From NCBI GenBank assembly GCA_964016885.1, contig OZ024740.1:379812001-379876000 (forward strand): a stretch of 64,000 nt of DNA, in the 5' to 3' direction. Below the pieces are notes generated by a model. That model had not been told where the DNA came from. It worked only from the letters and a program-made list of their open reading frames with translations, and ran no database searches. Positions 55,825-64,000 of the stretch are shown here, in pieces. This DNA is from Eledone cirrhosa. Taxonomy: Eukaryota. The position numbers and the translations under genes are program-made. Within the stretch, counting starts at the first letter, position 1. Every line of letters begins with the position of its first letter.

Positions 55825-56451
55825 AAAACTTTTTTCATATGTAACCCATTTGCAACTCCGCAGCGCCCTTATTATCATATTTACACATATTTTTTCCTCT
55901 GCTGCTACATCGTCTTTTTCGTTCTACGTATCTTTACCCTTTCTAGCTGTCTCTCTCTCTGTTAGCCTCTTACTCACCTCACCCTTCACTCACTCATTCT
56001 CTGTCACTACCTCTCCTCCTCCCCTTTCTTCCCGTTTGACCGGTGAGTAACTCTTTTCTCTCACATTCTCGGCCAAGCTGGTCGGAATTTTTTCTCTCTC
56101 GTCTACGATTTCACAGAACTTATGTTTACCGAATTCGCAGACCAGACCCCTTCTTCCTCCCGTTAGACCTGTGCGAAATTCCTTCCTTGCTCACATTTCA
56201 ACCAGGTTTGATGGTCTTTATTCTCTCGTTCACGATTTCACCGAACTTAAATTCATAGAAATCTGGGACTTGTCTCCTTCTTCCTCACTTTCTGTTGCCT
56301 CACCATTTTGTTGTTTACCCTCGCGTCCCCTTTATTTACGTGTCCCAACGACTTTTTTTTAGCCGTTGCTCGCACCAACCGGAGGTATATGGTCTTTAAA
56401 GCGATGAAATGCCAATGATAGTTGGAAGATCACTGATGAAGGACAAACTTT

Positions 56452-56546
<95 letters not shown>

Positions 56547-56604
56547 TAGATAGATAGAATGTATGGAAAACGAAGAATCAGTGATGCATGGAACACAATT
56601 TATT

Positions 56605-56695
56605 AACGTATTACAATTGTTTCTCGGGCGAACAGCTCAAGGTGCAATTTATTTGTGGATCCTGACTCTGGATTCGCAAGTTCCTCAGATACGTC
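56605..56695 (-). ncRNA. type I hammerhead ribozyme motif with minimal palindromic stem III
   Basis: GACGUAU-CUGAGGA-[about 58 nt stem II region, GCGAA/UUCGC]-GAAAC-AAUU-GUA-AUACGUU, giving a 7-bp stem I. AATAAA follows immediately. Confidence 0.72.
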
Positions 56696-57899
56696 TAGTG
56701 ACTTCGAAGCAAATATACTCTCTATTATTATACTCTACTCCGAAGGAGCATAGAATGCTCAACCGGCATACCGCCTATGGACGCATCCAAGAAACCTTAC
56801 TACAAATATATATATATATATATATATATATTTCTAACCTTTAAAAGGCTTCAGGACTGTGTAATAAGAATGGGGGTTAAGAGTATGTTTTACCTTTTGT
56901 AAAAGCTGCTAGAACACGTAGTAACTATAATATAGTTTAATAAAATCGGAGATATTACCCCCTTTAGATGGAATAATTGGGCAGAATGGCAGAACAAAAA
57001 AAAAAAAATGAGAAAATTTACATAAATGGAAGTATGTGTCACTGATCATCATTTCCCTATCATACATTTATTTCACATGTTTTGAGCAAATTTTTTAAAT
57101 GATTTCAAATATAGTAGAATTTTATGGAATTCTTGTCAACACCACTGATATCAACCCTGTTATTCAGCAACTACCGATAGCATCAATAACTGGTACATAA
57201 TAGAAACAGGACCATTGCAGTCATATTCTACACGAACGCCATCATTCTTAAGTTATAATAAGCTGTATGGTTATTAATATAACCGTCAATGATTCTATTA
57301 TATATACTTACAAACAACCAAGAAGTTATTGAATTATCTTATAGCAAGTGAAGCTCGGGCAAACAATTCCATGGTTTCCGCAACTTTTCTCAATATTTGG
57401 CGTGTATTAAGTTATAGAGGAAATCATTCAATCGGGAAATATTTCAATAATAGTAATTTCTCTGAATGTATCTTTCTACCAGCCGACGGCAATAGACTAA
57501 AATATTTTTAATGTCAGAGAACAGAACATTGGCTTCATTGCCTAGATTGTATCTCGTCTAAAATTGTTATAAGAACATGTGACTGTTCGAAAGAAAGAAA
57601 TTCTTTGAGTACATAGTAAAATATATATCTTTTAGTTAGGCATATAGTTAATCATTAGTGAATGGTTATCACAGATTGAATTGGCACAAAAAGAATGAAA
57701 GGCAAAGCTCTAAAACTGAAAGTGGTCTATTGTCTAAGGTTGAATCTGCAGTGAAATAATATATATTGAAAGCTCGGAACTGAGGAGGGTATCCTGAAAT
57801 ATAACAATTAGAAATTTTAGAAATTAATAATTGCTACTTCTTACTTGGGCGATATATATATATACAGGAAAAGAGTCAGGACCCCGACGGCTGAGCTCC

Positions 57900-58350
57900 G
57901 GCAGTTTCGTCAGCTAGATCTAAACTTATTAAGTCTACTATAAATGAAAAATAACAGTTCTATCCATAGATTTGCTGGTTTTCTTTTATCTGTATTATTC
58001 CTGATTATAATATTTAATATTTATACCATTCAAGCTATTTCTCCTTATAAATATTGGTTAGGTCTGGATGACAGGGCTGTATTCATAGCTTTTGTAGACC
58101 CTCATAGACGGATGAGATCATTTCTCTTGATGATACAGAAAATAACGTCTATAAAGAAACAAACAGAATTAGCGGTGATGAAACAATACTTCACGGTGAA
58201 TTAGACTTGAGATTTTCTTACCTCTCTTCCACCAAATTTTCGCAGGAAAGAGACCTCGATGACAAGCAGGTTATTTACCTAGATCTATATTTTTGTTTAT
58301 TTATAGTATTGCTGTTTCTACGATGAGCCGGCAAAATCATCACATTAAAA
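57900..58350 (-). mobile_element. possible highly decayed Penelope-like RT remnant
   Basis: Weak FTVKY..FFIDVIF..SVY..CHP pattern. Degenerate GTGATGA..GAAACAGC..AATAAA near 58300-58345. Confidence 0.3.
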
Positions 58351-58689
58351 GTTACTAACATTGAATTTAAGCTGTTTTACTATATATGTATATTCAAAAA
58401 GTTAATTTGCATTAATATTGCTGTGGAATTTGTTTGGCTTAAAAAATGAAATTTTCTTTGTACATTTTATGTACATACTTATTTTCTAATAAGTGCCAGC
58501 AGATCACAAATAATGAATAAATTCAATGATGTTGATATCTATATTTCAGTATATAAAGGGGTTTCATTTGAACACTAGCGGCGGCTGATTCCCTTCTTTT
58601 GTTGCGAAATATCGGACTTTCAAAAGTGTTTTATTTGTTAGGTATGGAGAAAAGGGATATGCTCATGACCGACGTTGATGTTCGTAGAC

Positions 58690-59290
58690 AGGTGAGATTA
58701 ATACATTTGACATTTCTCTTAAGCTGCTGTACGTCAACGACAGCGAGAAAGATACATGCAGGAAAGGAATTCCAGACGTCTTAGGAAGATAAATTTGGGA
58801 GGAATGGCGAGGGCTGGATGCAATATGGATGATGAAAGAAGAGGAAAAATGAATGTTGAAAATGCTTGAGTGAAGGTATCAGGAGACCAGCTAGATTTAT
58901 AGAGCCTAGGCCATTGTAGTGGCAGTAGAAAGGCAGAAAGTAAGCAAGAAAGAAAGGGGGGAATGAGAGTTTGAAAGAAGAAACAAGTCTGTGAGCAGGT
59001 GGATCGAATGTGTTTGTGGGTTATTGCTTAACCTTCGATTTAGGATATCTATGTGTGTTGCTGCATCATCATCCCAGATTTGGAATCAGTAATACATTAT
59101 AATCCTATCTTGAGCTTTGATGTGTCGTCGATGGTAGATAAAGTATTTTCTAAACCTGAAAAAAGCTAATCTTTGATGTGCAATTTTTGCTATGTTATGA
59201 ATGTGATTCACCAGAAGGTATTTTCAATGAAGCGATCACATGAGTTCTAGTCGCGAGGTGCTCTTACTTAAGTGGAGTAAATTGCCATAA
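58690..59290 (-). mobile_element. CR1/L2/Jockey-group LINE 3' fragment
   Basis: NHIHNIAKIAHQRLAFFRFRKYF..KAQDR..QIWDDDAATHIDIL..VWNSFPACIF..QLKRNV. Confidence 0.72.
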
Positions 59291-59431
59291 TGTTTTTGTG
59301 ATATGTGCAGTGATTCTGTTCTTTGCTGTTGAATGAGATAAGATTCGTGAAGGCTGTGTCACTGAAGAGAACTAATAATATTGAAACATGCCAGAAGTCA
59401 CTGCCCGTACTTGCTTACCTCACTTTCAACT

Positions 59432-59613
59432 AATTGTTTCTACTTTAGGCACAAGGCCAGCAATTACCCAGTGCATTACTGGTACTTTATTTTATCGACC
59501 CCGTAAGGATGAAAGGCAAAGTGAACCTCGGCGGAATTTGAACTCAGATCGAAAAGGGACGTAACTATGCTGGAAAGCATGGCGTCCGACCCTCTACCGA
59601 TACTGCCAATCCA
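59432..59613 (-). mobile_element. tRNA-derived SINE (family A)
   Basis: Close match to the copies at 33824 and 36854. Confidence 0.9.
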
Positions 59614-59867
59614 CAGTCATTGGGCAAACGTTTTTTTCTCTTCACTGCATAAGTATTTTCCCTCCCTCATGCACACAGGTACAAACATACACAAATATAT
59701 TTATATATATAAACTTTCTACAGTTTCCGTTTTGAAAATTACACTCAGGAGGTATTGGTCAATTTGAGACTATGGTAGAAGACAATTGACCAAGGTGCCC
59801 CACAGTGGACTGAACCTGGAAAAACATGTTTGCGAAGTAGAAATTTTAACAATAGTCATACATACAT

Positions 59868-60150
<283 letters not shown>

Positions 60151-61142
60151 TCCTAAACGGACGGTAGTCCGTTTAGTAATATTGTTGTGGTCGTGTTTTC
60201 GCTGGCAATCGTCTGTTTATGACAGTACAGCGCGGCTCTACTTTATTTAACTGAGATAAAATTTATATGAGCATGAACAGTAGATCATTACGCATCTATT
60301 GGCTTAAAAATCTAGAAATTTGGTCCAGCGGGAAAAAGTTTATAATCAAAGTTTGCTGATAAATCTTGTGTTCACAGGAGTGAGTAGTAAGCGTGACGCT
60401 ACGGGAGGTAATCCAGAAATGACGAATTTTTTTCGGCGGAACTCTTGTGATTGTGATTACGTTAGTCAAATGTAGTCAAATCGCCGAATCCCCTCCTCCT
60501 AATTGACTACGTCATTTCTGAACGGCCCTACTTGCGTCAGTGTGAAACATTACTTCACTTTTCACAGCTAAAATGCTTTTTAAATACTTCGTTAAAAATT
60601 TATGTTTATTATCAAAGCTATTTTTTGTACCAATCTATCAATAGTTTGCGAAAATATAGGTAAACATGTGAGTTAAATTTTTTTAATCGCATCGATCGCT
60701 TTGTCGCACCCACTGTGACACTGTCTGACTGTATGTCTGACTGACACCTTTGTCGGACCGACACCTTTGTTCAAGCGGACAACTTTGTGCCACTGACACC
60801 TTTGTTCGTGCCGGCATCTCTGCGAAACACCGATTACAACAACCAGACCAAAATTTCACTTCATTCTTCATTCTTCATCCTTCTTCATGACCGATCACCG
60901 ACCGATCGTATCGGTTGCTCTTCATATACCAGGTATTCAACAGATAGTTTGCACTTCTAGTATTATTAACAGTCGTGCGATTTTTTGTACCGATAGGTGC
61001 GAATAGTGCGCTATATTTTTGTACCGATAGGTGCGAATAGTGTACAATATTTTCTGAGATTTGCATCCACTAATTTTGCTTAATTAAAAATGATGTTTCG
61101 CGGCTTTTTGATCGGCTTATTCATTTTTTCCATGGCACAGAA

Positions 61143-61887
61143 ATGGAGTATTTCCATTTCGAATCAAAACTTTTCACTAAAATCGGGCACATTCATGCCA
61201 GTTTTTACAAATCCATAATTAGAAATGTGGCGAAATCGAATGACCAGAAGGTATAAAAATATTAATTCAAATGTATTTACTTATCATACCAACAAAAATA
61301 CTTAGATATTTTGTATACCTGGGGCCCGTCAGGGCCAGGTAATGTTAATCGCCAACATTGTTATCTGTTGTCCTTTTGTGAAAGTATTGGTGGTTCATCT
61401 CGGCTCTAATGATCTGAATCCTCGTCACACCGTTGGCACTACAAAGCTGTGCAAAGTAATACAATCATTTTTGCCCAAGTATTTTTTATTAATCAATTAT
61501 TTGTAAATTAAGGACAAAGTGCCCATTCGAGGCACAAAACCGGAAAAACAGGGGAAGAGTCTCTTTGCAAGTATACAGAAAATAGCGGAAAAGCACCACT
61601 GTACACCCATTTTCTACAGTGGTGTCATTCCACGTCCACAAAGGGTAATTGAAAATAAAAATGACTTGGGCAAGAGAAATTCTCGTTTGGAAAAGTTTAA
61701 TTACTGCATGAAAGAAATGATTAAAAAATTGAACTTGCCCAATCTTCACAACATTGAAAATTGGTCAAAATTTGACAAATCTGACCTCAAACCAGATATG
61801 ATTCATTTGAACAATGTTGGAAATCTTAAATTGACACAAATTTTGCCAATGTTTTTGCCACCGGATCCTTGTTCTATGGCTGACTGA
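61143..61887 (+). CDS. SGNH/GDSL-family esterase, 3 predicted exons (61143-61250, 61306-61455, 61513-61887), about 210 aa
   Basis: Block I-like KSIIRNV, block II FCIPGAR, block III VVHLGSND, YSGVIPR and block V DMIHLNNVG. GT-AG introns of 55 and 57 nt, both phase 0, join the blocks in frame. AATAAA at 61903-61908. Confidence 0.75.
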
Positions 61888-62045
61888 CTAATTTTGTGAC
61901 TTAATAAAATGTCATCATACTAGTAATGCACAATGGTCATTTTTAAATTTAAATTTTATTAAATAGTTGTTGCTTGCATTGCCTTAAAATAGTAACAAGA
62001 ATGTACACATACTTTTTAAAAATACATCATTATCAGTCAAATCAG

Positions 62046-62406
62046 TCAAATGTCACTAAAAGCCAGGTGGTCGTTAACAACTTCTATAAGATTAGAGTCA
62101 TGCTCACACATTGGATCACCTCTCATCAATGGCATTGGGTGTCTGAGATAATCGTGGAGATAACTGATGAAGTCACAAATGAAGTGATGGTCATCCAGTG
62201 TGAATAACTTCCTATATCCATTGATATATGTGATGGCTTCCGATTCATAGGTGCATTTTATGAGGAATTCCATGCATCCGATTTTCAGTGATTCAATGGG
62301 CATTTTATCAGAGATGATAAGGTATTTGACCACGTTTTGCTTTGTAAGTAAATTGGAGAGAATCACTGCAGTCAAAGTCATTTCTTTGCATGGGTTTTTG
62401 TCCATT
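62046..62406 (-). CDS. terminal exon of an unknown small protein with a weak BACK/SPOP-C-like helical pattern
   Basis: 119-aa ORF preceded by acceptor TTTTAACTTTTTAG (62408-62407) and GTAAGT donors at 62449 and 62476. Pattern SNLLTKQNVVKYLIISDKMPIESLKIGCMEFL. Minus-strand AATAAA at 61960-61955. Confidence 0.4.
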
Positions 62407-62690
62407 CTAAAAAGTTAAAATGATAAAGTATTACTACTATATAACTTACATCAAGTATTACTACTATATAACTTACACCATTGAAATGCACAAGTTTCAG
62501 CAATTCACTATTATGCACTAATCATCTCAAATGCATTCATGATTTACTAGCTTTGTCATTAAGCCAGTTGCCTCAACTAGATTGCAATTATACTCAAAAG
62601 AACTTTAAAATGTCAATCACTTGTCAGTAATTCACTATGATCATTTAATTATTAGATAGTTGTTGCTTGCATTGCCTTAAAAAATAGTAG

Positions 62691-63751
62691 ACTAGATAGA
62701 AAAATGCGTACAGCAAAAAAAAGTAATATTGTTGGAATATAAACCTTTAAAAATACAGGACAAGAAACTAAAATAAAACTTTAAAAGAATAGGACAAGAA
62801 ACTAAGATAAAACTTTAAAGAATTGGACAAGAAATAAAAAATTTTACAATAATATTAGTGGCAACATTTTTTTATTCGTTTCCTGTGCTATGCCCCAGTA
62901 TCTTCTTGATTAGTGCATAATAATTGTCATGCTCTCATTGTGCGTTGCCCCTGAGCGGTTGGTTCTGGTTGGGGTTGGTTGGCTGAGCAGTTCTGCTCCG
63001 TCAGAATGACCATTGCAAGAAGAATTGGCCGATGCAGCTGCAGGTCTCCTCCAAGAATGCACTTCTGGTCCCGCAACACCAGACGAAGATGGAGAAGACG
63101 ACCGGAACAAGATGTCGACTCTGACCACCGACTATGGCACCTCCCTCAACCACCGGTCCTCCCTCCCTCTGTCCCGTCATCCCTCCAGTCCTCCTGCTCC
63201 CCCTTCCTGTACCAGAAAGCTGTGGCACGCATTCATCTGGACTGCCGGACTTGAACTCAAGGACAAGATGCAAGGAGAAGATGGACGGGTTGGTCAAGAT
63301 CAAGGATGAGCGGGACGACAAGACCGTCCGCTGCTGCTCAAGATCTGTGCTCATGGGCCCATGGGTCCATTCACATTATGCATGACACATGAGGCGTGTC
63401 GCCGAATGATGAAATAGGGGTATGGTTATGGCCCAATTGGTGTTCAAACCAGGATCAAATGATCCCCTCAGTCTGACGACGACCTCTGAATGTGGAACCC
63501 AGAGCCTATGAATGTGGAACTCGATTTTTTACCAATAAAAATTTTGCCACTAATATTATTGTAAACATTTTTATTTCTTGTCCAATTCTTTAAAGTTTTA
63601 TCTTAGTTTCTTGTCTTATTCTTTTAAAGTTTTATCTTAGTTTCTTGTCCTATCCTTTTAAAGTTTTATTTTAGTTTCTTGTCCTGTATTTTTAAAGGTT
63701 TATATTCCAACAATATTACTTTTTTTTGCTGTACGCATTTTTCTATCTGGT
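62691..63751. repeat. long inverted repeat (arms 62691-62876 and 63534-63751) with internal 33-34 bp subrepeats
   Basis: The arms are near-perfect reverse complements. The GGACAAGAAACTAAGATAAAACTTTAAAAGAATA-like unit occurs 3 times on the left and 4 times on the right. Confidence 0.95.
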
Positions 63752-63809
63752 GTATATGATATATGATAAAGAACACAAGAGCGTCTACAACATCAACAGA
63801 TTTTTATTG

Positions 63810-63854
63810 GCTTACAATGTTTCTTCCTTACGTAACCGTAGGATTCTTCAGAGC
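63810..63854 (-). ncRNA. minimal type I hammerhead ribozyme motif, Penelope-like 3' end
   Basis: GCU-CUGAAGA-A-UCCUACG-GUUA-CGUAAGGA-A-GAAAC-AUU-GUA-AGC, followed by AATAAA at 63808-63803. Confidence 0.68.
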
Positions 63855-64000
63855 TATAAAAGGGGTTTGATTGGTGTTATGGACTCTACCAACCAAACAT
63901 TCAAGAACAAAGAGTTTAGAGAGTAAAGAGCAAAAACAGGGGACGATAAGTCTAATTTTGGTGCGGGAGGGTGGGGTGTTGGTCCTTATTTACTAGCTGT

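Noticed and set aside
59355-59400. CTGAAGA..GAAACATGCC hammerhead candidate; similar weak hits near 46100 and 57907
   Set aside because: Stems I and II do not pair and there is no NUH triplet.
62540-62575. GNWLNDK resembling the Ulp1 protease WLND motif
   Set aside because: It is only seven residues, a stop follows, and no His/Asp/Cys catalytic motifs lie nearby.

Overview
AT-rich animal genomic DNA, dense in microsatellites and transposons. The SINE families and repeat style suggest a coleoid cephalopod such as Octopus, which is an inference. I recognise no host gene. The window opens with a degraded L1/Tx1-clade LINE (1-3810). A 22.9-kb array of a 55-bp tandem repeat with higher-order blocks follows (10039-32910). 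The rest holds fragments of R4/Dong-, RTE-, CRE-, CR1/L2- and Penelope-like retroelements, three Tc1/mariner remnants, and many tRNA-derived SINEs. The most unusual part is 60150-64000. It contains a three-exon SGNH/GDSL esterase gene with 55- and 57-nt introns, a convergent spliced ORF bracketed by direct repeats, a ~190-220 bp inverted repeat around a GC-richer segment, and a minimal hammerhead ribozyme motif. A second hammerhead with an intact core lies at 56605-56695, with several decayed ones elsewhere. All calls come from reading the sequence by eye; no searches were run.
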